Below, piece after piece: positions 10,272 through 19,103 of a stretch of DNA of 64,000 bases; position 1 is the stretch's first letter, and every line of letters begins with the position of its first letter. The notes beneath the pieces were generated by a model, which saw only the letters and a list, made by a program, of their open reading frames with translations, made no database searches and was not told the origin of the DNA. This DNA comes from Allosphingosinicella sp. Lineage in GTDB: Bacteria; Pseudomonadota; Alphaproteobacteria; Sphingomonadales; Sphingomonadaceae. Location: positions 1,108 to 65,107 of the forward strand of contig DATAIU010000077.1 of assembly GCA_036262495.1 (NCBI GenBank). The letters run 5' to 3'. A program made the translations under genes and the position numbers.

Positions 10272-10757
10272 ATGGCCAGGAAGCTCGACAGTTTCGACAT
10301 CGCCCTGCTCAACCGGCTGCAGGGGGACAATCTCGCGACCAGCGAGGGGCTGGCCGGCGACATCGCTCTTTCTCCCTCGGCCATCGCGCGGCGCTTGCGG
10401 AGCCTGCGCGAGGAAGGGCTGATCGCCGCGGACCGCGCCATCCTCGCCCCGGAGCTGACAGCCGACCGGCTGAGGGCGATCGTTCAGGTGCAGGTCCACG
10501 AACATGCCGAAGAGAAAGGCATAGCTGCGTTGCGCGCGCGCCTCGCGGCGGCGAAGGAGGTGCAGCTCCTCCTCAACGTCGCCGGACCCGTCGATCTGCT
10601 GGTCTTGGTCGTGACCCGCAACATGGCCGCCTTCAACGCCTTTGCCGACAGCCATTTCGCCGCCGACCCCTCCGTGCGGCGCTACGAGACGAGCTTCGTC
10701 AAGGCCGAGATCAAGAATCGCCCGGTCGTGCACCTCGACGGCCAGGACATCCGCTAG
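10272..10757 (+). CDS. Lrp/AsnC family transcriptional regulator
   Basis: N-terminal HTH LDSFDIALLNRLQGDNLATSEGLAGDIALSPSAIARRLRSLREEGLI plus a C-terminal RAM/AsnC_trans_reg-like domain. Confidence 0.85.
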   Translation: MARKLDSFDIALLNRLQGDNLATSEGLAGDIALSPSAIARRLRSLREEGLIAADRAILAPELTADRLRAIVQVQVHEHAEEKGIAALRARLAAAKEVQLLLNVAGPVDLLVLVVTRNMAAFNAFADSHFAADPSVRRYETSFVKAEIKNRPVVHLDGQDIR

Positions 10758-10766
10758 CAATAGGCC

Positions 10767-12581
10767 TCAGGTGGACTTCTTCGACGCGATCCAGTCGTCG
10801 ATCTTGCGCTCGAGCACGGCCAGCGGAAGCGCGCCGGACATCAGCACCTGCTCGTGGAACTGACGGATGTCGAAGCGCGGCCCGAGCGCTTTTTCGGCCC
10901 GAGCGCGAAGCTCGCTGATCTTGAGCTGCCCGATCTTGTAGGCCAGCGCCTGACCGGGCATCGCGATGTAGCGCTCCGTCTCCGCGGTCGCGTTGCTGCG
11001 TCCGCGCGAACTGTTGTCGAGTATGTACTGGATGGTCTGATCGCGCGTCCATCCCTTGGAATGGATGCCGGTGTCGACGACCAGCCGGATGGCGCGGAAC
11101 AGCTGAGAATCGAGATAGCCGAAATATTGATAGGGGTCGGTGTAGACTCCGAGCTCGCGGCCGAGCGTCTCGGCGTAGAGGCCCCAGCCTTCGACGAACG
11201 CGGTGTTGCCGCCGAAGCGCTGGAAGTTCGGCAGTGCCTTATTCTCCTGCGCCAAGCTGATCTGGAAATGGTGACCCGGCGCGCCTTCGTGGAGGTAAAG
11301 CGTCTCCATCCCGGGAGTGGTCCGCGAGGGAAGATCGTAGGCGTTGAAATAGAAGACGCCGGGCCGCGCGCCGTCGGTCGAGCCCTGTACATAGGATCCG
11401 CGCGCGGCGCCCTTTTCGGTCAGCGCGGGCACCGGACGGATATCGAGGCGCGTCTTCGGCATCGTCGAGAAAAGTCGCGGCAGCGCGGACGCGACCCGCG
11501 CGCCGATCGCGACATAGCCCTGCTGCAGCGCCTCGCGGCTCTTCGGCTTGAACCTGGGGTCGGTCCGGATGTGCTCGAAGAATTGCTTCAGCGTGCCGGT
11601 GAAGCCGACCTGGCGCTTCACATTCTCCATCTCGCCCTGGATTCGAGCGACGTTTTCGAGGCCGATCCGGTGGATCGCGCCGGGCGTGAGGTCGGTCGTC
11701 GTGCTGACGGCGACGAGGTGGGCGTAGAGCTGAGCGTCGCCCGGCAGCGCGCCCAGGCCGACACTCTCGCGCGCTCTGGGCAGATATTCGTTCGCCATGA
11801 AGGTGCGCAGGCGCTGCAGGGCCGGGCGCACCGTGCCCTCGATCTTGCCGAGGAAGGCGGCGCGGAGGCGCCCCTGCTCCGCGGTCGGGACGTCTGCGGG
11901 GAAGCGGGTCGCGGGCCGGAAGAAGGCGCTTTGCGCTGGCTTCTCGGCGAGCATCGCATCGAGCTGCTCGATGACGTTGGCGACGACGATGCGGGGCTGG
12001 ACGATGCCGCTCGCCATGCCCTGCCGCATCCGTCCGGTCGCCCGGTCGAGGACGCTAGCGAAATCGTCCATCCGGGTCAGGCTGTTCTCATAATCCTGGA
12101 CGGTCTTGAACGGTGCTATGCCCTCGCCGGAGCTGATCTCGGCGACGAGCGCGTGGACGCCGTTGAAATGGTCGATCGGCAGTGCCGAGCTGATCGCCAG
12201 CAGGGACGGCTGAAGGCCCCGAAGGTCGCTCTCCCGCTGCCATTTGAAGACGTCGTACGAGATGCGCTCGTCCGCGGTCAGATCGGCGCGGTCGATCCGC
12301 TCGAGCGCCGCCAGCTCGCGCTCCGCCGCCTGCCGCTCGGCGGCGTAATATGCCTCGGAGAACCAGTCGGGGAGATGCGCCCCCGCACCGGGAACCCCCC
12401 GGGAGAGCGCCTCGATGGGATTGCGGCGGAGCAAGGCCGAATCGGCTTCGGCGAACAGCGTTGCGAGGGCCTCCGAGGCAGACTGGCGCGGCGCCTCCGC
12501 AGCGACGGCGGGGCGATCGGCCCGGGTGCAGCCGGTCGCCGTCAGGGCGGCGCAGGCGAGAAGCGAAATGACCAGCCTCAT
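10767..12581 (-). CDS. DUF885 family lipoprotein (putative metallopeptidase), paralogue 1
   Basis: ATG at 12581 (MRLVISLLACAALTATGC, lipobox). HEGAPGHHFQ motif. The C-terminal block EGWGLYAETLGRELG...VVDTGIH...RYIAMPGQALAYKIG is typical of DUF885. Confidence 0.85.
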   Translation of the reverse strand: MRLVISLLACAALTATGCTRADRPAVAAEAPRQSASEALATLFAEADSALLRRNPIEALSRGVPGAGAHLPDWFSEAYYAAERQAAERELAALERIDRADLTADERISYDVFKWQRESDLRGLQPSLLAISSALPIDHFNGVHALVAEISSGEGIAPFKTVQDYENSLTRMDDFASVLDRATGRMRQGMASGIVQPRIVVANVIEQLDAMLAEKPAQSAFFRPATRFPADVPTAEQGRLRAAFLGKIEGTVRPALQRLRTFMANEYLPRARESVGLGALPGDAQLYAHLVAVSTTTDLTPGAIHRIGLENVARIQGEMENVKRQVGFTGTLKQFFEHIRTDPRFKPKSREALQQGYVAIGARVASALPRLFSTMPKTRLDIRPVPALTEKGAARGSYVQGSTDGARPGVFYFNAYDLPSRTTPGMETLYLHEGAPGHHFQISLAQENKALPNFQRFGGNTAFVEGWGLYAETLGRELGVYTDPYQYFGYLDSQLFRAIRLVVDTGIHSKGWTRDQTIQYILDNSSRGRSNATAETERYIAMPGQALAYKIGQLKISELRARAEKALGPRFDIRQFHEQVLMSGALPLAVLERKIDDWIASKKST

Positions 12582-12585
12582 CCGC

Positions 12586-14421
12586 TCAACTCCCTCTCTT
12601 CGCGGCGATCCAGTCGTCGAGCTTCTTTTCGAGGACGACCATCGGCAGGGCACCGGTCATCAGAATCTGGGCGTGGAACTCGCGCGGGTCGAAGCGGTCG
12701 CCGAGCGCCGCCTGCGCTTTCGACTTGAGCCGCTGGATGGTCAGCGCGCCGACCTTGTAGGCGAGCGCCTGGCTGGGGATCGCAATGTAGCGCTCGACCT
12801 CGGCGGTCGCGTCGGTCCGGCTCATGCCGCTATTCTCGAGCATATAGGCGATCGCCTTGTCGCGGCCCCAGCCCTTGGCGTGGATGCCGGTGTCGACCAC
12901 GAGCCGCATGGCGCGCAGCATCTCGTCGTTGAGCCCTCCGAAGCGTTGGTAAGGGTCGGTCTCCATGCCCAGCTCGTCCCAGAGCGTCTCGGCGTAGAGC
13001 GCCCAGCCTTCGACGAAGGCGGTGTTGCCGCCGAACCGCATGAAGGCGGGAAGCGCCTCGTTCTCCTGCGCGAGGCTGATCTGGAAATGGTGGCCGGGGA
13101 TCGCCTCGTGCAGATAGAGCGTCTCCATCCCCGAGATGCTCCGCGAGGGCAGGTCGTAGGTGTTGTAATAGAAGATGCCGGGGCGCGATCCGTCCGGCGT
13201 CCCCTGCTGATAGGATCCCGCGGCCTCCGTCTTCTCGCGGAACGCCTCGACCGCGCGAATCTCGAGCGGGCTCTTGGGGATGGTCGAGAATTGCTCGCGG
13301 ACCCGCGCGTCGACGCGCTTGCCTATCGCGAAATACTGGTCGCGCAGCCACGCCGCCGAGGCGGGCTGGAAGCGCTTGTCGGTGCGCTGATAGTCGAAGA
13401 ACTGCGCCAGCGTGCCCTTGAAGCCGACCTTGTGCTTGATCGCCTCCATCTCGCCGCGGATGCGCGCCACCTCCGATAGGCCGAGCCGGTGGACCTCGTC
13501 CGCCTTGAGCGGCAGCGTCGTCGTGCTTTCGATCAGCCGCTGGTAGACTTCGAGCCCGCCCTTCATGTTGACCAGGCCGACGCCTTCCCGCGCTTTGGGC
13601 AGATATTCGCTCTTGAGAAAGTCGCGCAGGCGCCGGTAGCTCGGATAGATCTGCTGCTCGATCGAGGCCCGGTAGGCGGCGCGCAGCCGGTTTCTGTCCG
13701 GTTCGGATACGCTGTCGGGGAATTTCTGCGTGGGGGCGTAGAAAGGCGAATCCTCGACTTTCTGGCCGAGCTGGAGGTCGAGCTGGTCGATGACGTTGGC
13801 GATGGTCAGCTTCGTCTCGACGACGCCGGCGGCCATGCCCTGGCGGAAGCGGCCGATCGAGCGGTCGAGATAGGCGACGTAATCCGCGTGGCGCTTCAGG
13901 TTGTTCTCGTAATCGGCGACCGTGTTGAACGGCGCCGCGCCCTGGCCCGACGCGAAGGTCGGATAGAAGGTCTGGAAGCCGCTGAAATGGTTGATCGGCC
14001 GGACGATGTTGAGCTCGAGCATGCGCGGCGAGAGGTTCTTGAGCGTGTCCTCGGTCTGCCACTCGAAGACGTCGTAGGCGATCCGATCGGTGGCGTTGAG
14101 GGCGGCGCGGTTGATCCGGTGAAGATTGTCGAGATCCGCCTGGGCCGCCGTCTTCTCCGCAGCGAAATATTCGTCGGTGATGAAGTCGCCGAGACGGTCG
14201 GCGTAGCGCAGGTCGCCGCGGAAGATGGCGTTGACCGGATTGCGCCTGAGGCCCGCCTCGTCGCTCTCGTGGAACAGCGCGAAAAGGCGATCATGCTCGG
14301 TCGCGGCGGGCGCGACAGCCTCCGGCAGGGCCACGGCGGTCCCGGGCCCGTCCGATTGCGCCGCGCAGGCGGAGAGCGCTGCCGCGGCGGCGGCGGCGAA
14401 AAGCAGCGTCGATCGGCGCAT
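12586..14421 (-). CDS. DUF885 family lipoprotein (putative metallopeptidase), paralogue 2
   Basis: ATG at 14421 is preceded by GAGGA (MRRSTLLFAAAAAAALSACA). HEAIPGHHFQ motif. The C-terminal half aligns with the adjacent paralogue along its whole length. Confidence 0.85.
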   Translation of the reverse strand: MRRSTLLFAAAAAAALSACAAQSDGPGTAVALPEAVAPAATEHDRLFALFHESDEAGLRRNPVNAIFRGDLRYADRLGDFITDEYFAAEKTAAQADLDNLHRINRAALNATDRIAYDVFEWQTEDTLKNLSPRMLELNIVRPINHFSGFQTFYPTFASGQGAAPFNTVADYENNLKRHADYVAYLDRSIGRFRQGMAAGVVETKLTIANVIDQLDLQLGQKVEDSPFYAPTQKFPDSVSEPDRNRLRAAYRASIEQQIYPSYRRLRDFLKSEYLPKAREGVGLVNMKGGLEVYQRLIESTTTLPLKADEVHRLGLSEVARIRGEMEAIKHKVGFKGTLAQFFDYQRTDKRFQPASAAWLRDQYFAIGKRVDARVREQFSTIPKSPLEIRAVEAFREKTEAAGSYQQGTPDGSRPGIFYYNTYDLPSRSISGMETLYLHEAIPGHHFQISLAQENEALPAFMRFGGNTAFVEGWALYAETLWDELGMETDPYQRFGGLNDEMLRAMRLVVDTGIHAKGWGRDKAIAYMLENSGMSRTDATAEVERYIAIPSQALAYKVGALTIQRLKSKAQAALGDRFDPREFHAQILMTGALPMVVLEKKLDDWIAAKRGS

Positions 14422-14435
14422 TCTTGTCCTCGATT

Positions 14436-15146
14436 TCAATATGGGGAGACGGGCTTAACGCCATGCTGGCCGTACCAGCCCCACGGGCGCTCGCGATACC
14501 ATTTGGTGATCACATATTTGACGCCCGCCTCGACCGGCGTGCCGGTGTGGAGGGAATTAGGGTTGGGCTGGCCGAACTCGTCGAGATTGTTCCAGGCGAG
14601 AAGGTTGCCGGTGCGCGGCGTGACGCGGACATTGGCCTTGGGGAAATGGGTCTGGCCGCCCGCCTCGGGCTCGTTGAGGAAGACCATCGCCGTCCAGGTG
14701 CGCTGCCCGCCCTGGCGCTCCTGCTCGGGCCAGTAAGGCTGGTTGGTGTAGAAGAAATCGTGGTGCGGCTTGAACTGCTGGCCGACGGAGTAGCGCTGGC
14801 CCTGGATCGTCTCGCCGTGCGTCGGGTCGATGCCGGTCAGGGCGTTGATCTTGACCTCGACCCGCTGGTTCGCCCGGTCCTCGACGCGCAAATTGCAGCT
14901 CTCGCTGGTCCGGAACTCGGGATCGTCCGTGGGGGCGAGCAGCCCCGAGGGGATCCGGTCCTTGTCGATCAGCGCGATCACCGCCTCGCATTCGGCCCGC
15001 GGCAGGAAGTCGCGGACCACGAAGATGTCGAGGCCCTGGGCGGGGATCTTGAGGGCGTTGGGCGCGCGCAGCAGCCGGTTCTTCACATGGGTGCCGATCT
15101 GCATCCGGTAGAGGGCACCGGGATCGCTGGAGGGCCGGGTGCTCAT
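14436..15146 (-). CDS. 2OG-Fe(II) oxygenase, prolyl 4-hydroxylase-like
   Basis: The ATG at 15146 overlaps the upstream amidohydrolase stop (ATGA). HxD facial-triad context (FKPHHDFF), distal His (NSLHTGTPV) and basic residue (KYVITKW). The N-terminal 400 aa of track ORF 14436..16361 is an off-frame artefact. Confidence 0.78.
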   Translation of the reverse strand: MSTRPSSDPGALYRMQIGTHVKNRLLRAPNALKIPAQGLDIFVVRDFLPRAECEAVIALIDKDRIPSGLLAPTDDPEFRTSESCNLRVEDRANQRVEVKINALTGIDPTHGETIQGQRYSVGQQFKPHHDFFYTNQPYWPEQERQGGQRTWTAMVFLNEPEAGGQTHFPKANVRVTPRTGNLLAWNNLDEFGQPNPNSLHTGTPVEAGVKYVITKWYRERPWGWYGQHGVKPVSPY

Positions 15147-16417
15147 GGGAGCGTCCTGCCGCGGGCCATGACGAAATCGACATGCTCGAGCGCTCGGACG
15201 TCGCGCAGGGGATCTGCCGAGACCGCGATGATGTCGGCCGAATAGCCGACCGCGATCCGGCCCGTCTCCCGCTCGAGCCCGAGCAGCTTCGCCGCGCCGG
15301 TGGTCGCCGCGGCGATAGCTTCGGACGGGCTCATGCCGAGCAGGTCCACCATCTGGCCGAGTTCCTCGGCATTGCGGCCGTGCTCGAAGACCCCGGCGTC
15401 GGTCCCGAAGATGACCGGCACGCCCGCCGCCCGCGCCAGCCGCCCGGCCTTGCCGACCTCGGACAGGGTCATCCGCACCTTTTCCTCGACGATCGGCGTG
15501 TAGATGTTCTTGCCCAGGCGCTCGCGAATTCCCGTGAAGGCCATGAGCGTGGGTACGAAGACCGTGCCGCGCTGCTTCATCAGCTGGACGGTCGCGGCGC
15601 TGGCGAAGGTGCCGTGCTCGATCGAATCGACTCCGGCCCGTACCGCCGCCGCGATGCCCGCGTCGGCATGGGCATGGGCCGCGACCTTGAGCCCGATCGC
15701 GTGTGCGGTGTCGCAGATAGCCTTCATCTCGGCGTCGGTGAAGGCCTGGCCGAGGCTCTTGTCGCCCTGGCTGAGGACTCCGCCGGTGGCGTGGAACTTG
15801 ATGACGTCGGCGCCGGCCCGCGCCGCCTCGCGGACCTTGGCGGCGCATTGGTCGGCGCCGGTGCAGGTGTTGTGCCCGTCGAGCGCGGCGGCGACCTCCG
15901 GGCGGAAACCGGCGACGTCGCCGTGGCCGCCGATGGTCGAGAGCGCCTGCCCGGCGGCGAGGATGCGCGGGCCCGGAATCAGTCCTTCCTCGACGGCACG
16001 GCGGAGGGCGAAGCCGTTGAGCGGGCCGGAGCCGAGGTCGCGGACCGTCGTGAAACCCGCCTTCAGCGTGGTCAGCGCGTTCCGCGCGCCGACCAATGTG
16101 CGCCACTCCTCCGAATCGATCGCCTCGCGCCAGAAGGGCTCGCCCGGATTGCCAGTGAGGTGGACGTGGCTGTCGATGAGGCCCGGCAGGACCGTCTTGC
16201 CGGAGAGATCGACGACGCGGGCGCCGGCGGGGCCGGGCTTCGTTCCTGCTTCGACCGCTGCGATGCGCCCGTCGACGACAATGATGGTGGAGGGGCCCGC
16301 GGCGGGGCGCGACGCGTCCGTTATCAGGCGGCCGGCGTGGATGACCACCGTCTCGGCGCACGCCGGCGCGGCGGCGAGGAACAGGAGGCCGAGGAGCGAG
16401 AGCAGGCGAAAGCGCAT
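15143..16417 (-). CDS. metal-dependent amidohydrolase (imidazolonepropionase/Xaa-Pro dipeptidase-like), secreted
   Basis: Signal peptide MRFRLLSLLGLLFLAAAPACA. The metal-binding motif is PGLIDSHVHL, with further motifs AAHAHA, IEHGTF and GTDAGV. Confidence 0.85.
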   Translation of the reverse strand: MRFRLLSLLGLLFLAAAPACAETVVIHAGRLITDASRPAAGPSTIIVVDGRIAAVEAGTKPGPAGARVVDLSGKTVLPGLIDSHVHLTGNPGEPFWREAIDSEEWRTLVGARNALTTLKAGFTTVRDLGSGPLNGFALRRAVEEGLIPGPRILAAGQALSTIGGHGDVAGFRPEVAAALDGHNTCTGADQCAAKVREAARAGADVIKFHATGGVLSQGDKSLGQAFTDAEMKAICDTAHAIGLKVAAHAHADAGIAAAVRAGVDSIEHGTFASAATVQLMKQRGTVFVPTLMAFTGIRERLGKNIYTPIVEEKVRMTLSEVGKAGRLARAAGVPVIFGTDAGVFEHGRNAEELGQMVDLLGMSPSEAIAAATTGAAKLLGLERETGRIAVGYSADIIAVSADPLRDVRALEHVDFVMARGRTLP

Positions 16418-16482
16418 CGAGTCACCTAAAAGCCAGGAAGGCCTCTCTTCTGCTGCGGCCCTCCGGGACTGGCAAGAGAAAA

Positions 16483-16508
16483 GCCCGGAGCCGTTTCGGG
16501 CTCCGGGC
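16483..16508 (-). terminator. rho-independent terminator (bidirectional-looking) downstream of the RcnB-like gene
   Basis: A perfect 10-bp GC-rich stem (GCCCGGAGCC / GGCTCCGGGC) with a 6-nt loop. It is flanked by AAGAGAAAA on one side and TTCCTGTTTTT on the other, so either strand reads as hairpin plus U-run. Confidence 0.7.
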
Positions 16509-16534
16509 TTCCTGTTTTTCGAGCCTGGGCTCGC

Positions 16535-17458
16535 CTACCAGAAGAAGTCGTAGATCACGTCGATGACTTCGCCCGTGTAGACGTCGACCAGCAGCACGTC
16601 GTCGTAATAACGGACCCAGCGGGTGCCGTACGGGGCCTGGGGCAGGCGATACTGCCAGGGGTCGCTCAGCCAGTAGCGATTCGAGAAGAACAGCGAATCG
16701 AGGAACAGGCCGATCGATAGGCGCCGGTAGCGGTAGCCGCGATACGGCGCGTAATAACTGCCCGAACGGAAGATGTTCCGGTTCGAATAGCGGTAACGCT
16801 GCCAGTCGTAGCGATTGTCACGGCGCCAGCCGTGGTTCCAGCCGCCGTCGCGGCGGTCGCTCCAGCGGTCCCGGTGGCGCGAGCCATATTGCTGCTCGCG
16901 TAGACGCTCCTCGTAGCGACGCTGGTTGCGTTCCGCCTGGCGCTCGTAATTGCCGCCGATCGTCTGGTCGGCGCTGCGCCGCGAAGCCTCGCGGCTCGCC
17001 TCGATCTGACGCTGCAGCGCGTCGTCATTGCCGCGGCGGCGGTCGCCCCAGCGGCTGCCGCCCCACTGCTGCTGGCTCTGCTGCTGGCTCTCCTGCTGGC
17101 TTTGCTGCTGCTGCCGGTCCTGCCAGCTGCCGCGCTGCGAATCGCCGCGATCGCGGCCGCCCCAGCGCTCGGCGCGCTGCTCGGTCACGGGGGCCTGGAC
17201 CTCCACTCGCTCCTGGCGCTGCTCGACGCGCTCCTGGCGCTGCTCGACCCGCTCCTGGCGCTGCTCGACGCGCTGCTGGCGCGCCTCGTAGCGCTCCTGG
17301 TTGCGCTCGCCGACCTGGCGGTAATGCTCCTGGGCGCGCTCGGCGCGGGCTTCCGACCGGGTCGGGGCCTGGGTCTCGCCGTCGACTTCCTGCGCCTGGG
17401 CCGCGATCGGGGTCACCGCCGTCGCCGCCATCAAAATTCCGAAAAGCACCTTACGCAT
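16535..17458 (-). CDS. RcnB-like secreted repeat protein
   Basis: ATG at 17458. Signal peptide MRKVLFGILMAATAVTPIAAQA. A central highly charged region carries QRQERVE heptad repeats and a Q/S-rich tract. The C-terminal RcnB-type domain is YWLSDPWQYRLPQAPYGTRWVRYYDDVLLVDVYTGEVIDVIYDFFW. Confidence 0.7.
   Translation of the reverse strand: MRKVLFGILMAATAVTPIAAQAQEVDGETQAPTRSEARAERAQEHYRQVGERNQERYEARQQRVEQRQERVEQRQERVEQRQERVEVQAPVTEQRAERWGGRDRGDSQRGSWQDRQQQQSQQESQQQSQQQWGGSRWGDRRRGNDDALQRQIEASREASRRSADQTIGGNYERQAERNQRRYEERLREQQYGSRHRDRWSDRRDGGWNHGWRRDNRYDWQRYRYSNRNIFRSGSYYAPYRGYRYRRLSIGLFLDSLFFSNRYWLSDPWQYRLPQAPYGTRWVRYYDDVLLVDVYTGEVIDVIYDFFW
17208..17291 (-). repeat. in-frame 21-bp tandem repeat (3 near-perfect units plus 1 degenerate) inside the RcnB-like gene
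   Basis: Units CGCTCCTGGCGCTGCTCGACG at 17208-17228, 17229-17249 (1 mismatch) and 17250-17270, with a degenerate fourth unit at 17271-17291. They encode (QRQERVE)n on the minus strand. Confidence 0.85.
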
Positions 17459-17559
17459 CTCGTCCCACTCCTTGTCCCCGGCCTTGCGAGAGCCGCCGAA
17501 TGGACGGGCTGTGCCGATTCGAGGATGAGCCGTTGCTGAACCAGTTCGGCAACAGGGGC

Positions 17560-18105
17560 TTAGCGTCTTTTCGCCGGGCGCAGCGACGGGACGGCCCGGG
17601 AGGCGTCCGCCGGGTCGATCGCGGCGGGGGGAGCCGCCGAGAGCGTCTCCTCGCCGCGGCGCACCCGGCCGGCGCGCCGCACCGCTTCGCGAAGCCTGGG
17701 ATAGGTGCCGCACCGGCAGAGGTTGGCGAGCGCGCCGTCTATCTCCGCGTCGGTCGGGGCGGGATTGGCGTCGATCAGCGCCGCGGCGGCCATGATCATG
17801 CCCGGCGTGCAGAAGCCGCATTGCACCGCCCATTCCGCCGCGAAGGCCTGCTGGACCGGGTGCGAGCGGTCGGGCGAGAGGCCCTCGATCGTCGTCACGA
17901 ACCGGCCCTCGAGCGCAGCGATGGGGACGAGGCAGCTGCGCACCGGCTCGCCGTCGACATGGACGGTGCAGGCGCCGCACTGGCCGGCGCCGCAGCCATA
18001 TTTGGTCCCCGTAAGGTTCGACGCGTCGCGCAGCGCCCAGAGCAAGGGCGTGGCCGGATCGAGCCGGTAGTGGACGGGCTGGCCGTTGACGGTAAAGCGG
18101 CTCAT
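17560..18105 (-). CDS. (2Fe-2S)-binding small subunit of the xanthine dehydrogenase/aldehyde oxidase family (IorA-like)
   Basis: FTVNGQPV..., the plant-type cluster motif GCGAGQCGACTV and the second cluster motif QCGFCTPGMIM...CRCGTY. Confidence 0.85.
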   Translation of the reverse strand: MSRFTVNGQPVHYRLDPATPLLWALRDASNLTGTKYGCGAGQCGACTVHVDGEPVRSCLVPIAALEGRFVTTIEGLSPDRSHPVQQAFAAEWAVQCGFCTPGMIMAAAALIDANPAPTDAEIDGALANLCRCGTYPRLREAVRRAGRVRRGEETLSAAPPAAIDPADASRAVPSLRPAKRR

Positions 18106-18134
18106 TCGGCCGTTCTACGAGGAGACAGGCGAAG

Positions 18135-18944
18135 ATGGAACGGATCAGCATCGCCCGCGAGGGCGGCGTCGCCCATGTCGAGCTCATCCGCGAGGAAAAG
18201 CTCAATGCGATGGACGGCGAGATGTTCGCCGCCATCGGCGAGGCCTTCCGCAACCTCGGGGCCGATCCTTCCGTACGCGCCATATTGCTCTCGGCGCGGG
18301 GCCGGCACTTCACGGCGGGCCTCGACCTGCATTACGCGAGCAGCCAGTTCCCGACGAGCGAGGACCCGGGACGGGCCGCCGAGGCGCGCCTGCGCCACAT
18401 AAGATGGCTCCAGGACAGCTTCACCGCGGCGGAGGAGGCGCGCGCGCCCGTGATCGCGGTTATTCACGGCGGCTGCATCGGGGCCGGCGTCGACCTCGTT
18501 ACGGCGTGCGACATCCGCATCGCGTCGGCCGATGCCTTCTTCCAGGTGGCCGAGGTCGACGTCGCCATCACCGCCGACCTCGGCACGCTTCAACGCCTGA
18601 CCCGCCTCTTGCCCGAGGGCATGGTTCGCGAGCTCGCTTATACCGGTCGGCGGATGGAGGCGGAGGAGGCGTTTCGGCTCGGCCTTCTCAACCGCGTCGA
18701 AGCAACGCGCGAGGCCGCGATCGGGGCGGGGATGGAGCTGGCGCGCACCATCGCCGCCAAGTCGCCGCTCGCCGTCGCCGGCGCCAAGATGAGCCTCAAC
18801 TACAGCCGCGGCCGCACCGTCGAGGAGGGCCTCGGCCACGTCGCCTTGTGGAACGCCGCGACCCTCGTCAGCGCGGACCTTCGCGCCGCGATGAAGGCGC
18901 GCCTCGCCCGCGAGACGCCGGAATTCGGCGATCTCGCCGGGTGA
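18135..18944 (+). CDS. enoyl-CoA hydratase/isomerase (crotonase) family protein
   Basis: VAHVELIREEKLNAMDGEMF...RAILLSARGRHFTAGLDL...VIAVIHGGCIGAGVDL is the crotonase fold with oxyanion-hole segments. Confidence 0.85.
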   Translation: MERISIAREGGVAHVELIREEKLNAMDGEMFAAIGEAFRNLGADPSVRAILLSARGRHFTAGLDLHYASSQFPTSEDPGRAAEARLRHIRWLQDSFTAAEEARAPVIAVIHGGCIGAGVDLVTACDIRIASADAFFQVAEVDVAITADLGTLQRLTRLLPEGMVRELAYTGRRMEAEEAFRLGLLNRVEATREAAIGAGMELARTIAAKSPLAVAGAKMSLNYSRGRTVEEGLGHVALWNAATLVSADLRAAMKARLARETPEFGDLAG

Positions 18945-19103
18945 GGCGGGTTGAAAAGTCGGCCCCCCCCTGCTAACGGCCGCACGCGACGGCGCGAGCT
19001 CATGCTCGCGACGAACAGATTTTTATGGTATCGCCGCTGCGTTTACGGCGGGCCTCGGGCCCAGCCGCGCAAGGCCATTTGAACCGGAGAGTGACGAGCC
19101 TTT

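Noticed and set aside
10854-14736. 624-aa, 354-aa and 415-aa + strand ORFs across the DUF885 region
   Set aside because: All are antisense to the two DUF885 genes, which are supported by the conserved HE..PGHHFQ motif and C-terminal blocks.
17060-17291. CRISPR-like or satellite repeat array
   Set aside because: The repeats are short (21 bp and about 15 bp), contiguous without spacers and in frame within a coding sequence. They are protein-coding tandem repeats, not a CRISPR array.
16535-18313. 592-aa minus ORF treated as one gene
   Set aside because: Only the last 307 codons (from ATG 17458, which has a good signal peptide) look real. The upstream part runs out of frame through the 2Fe-2S gene (17560..18105), which has clear cluster-binding motifs.
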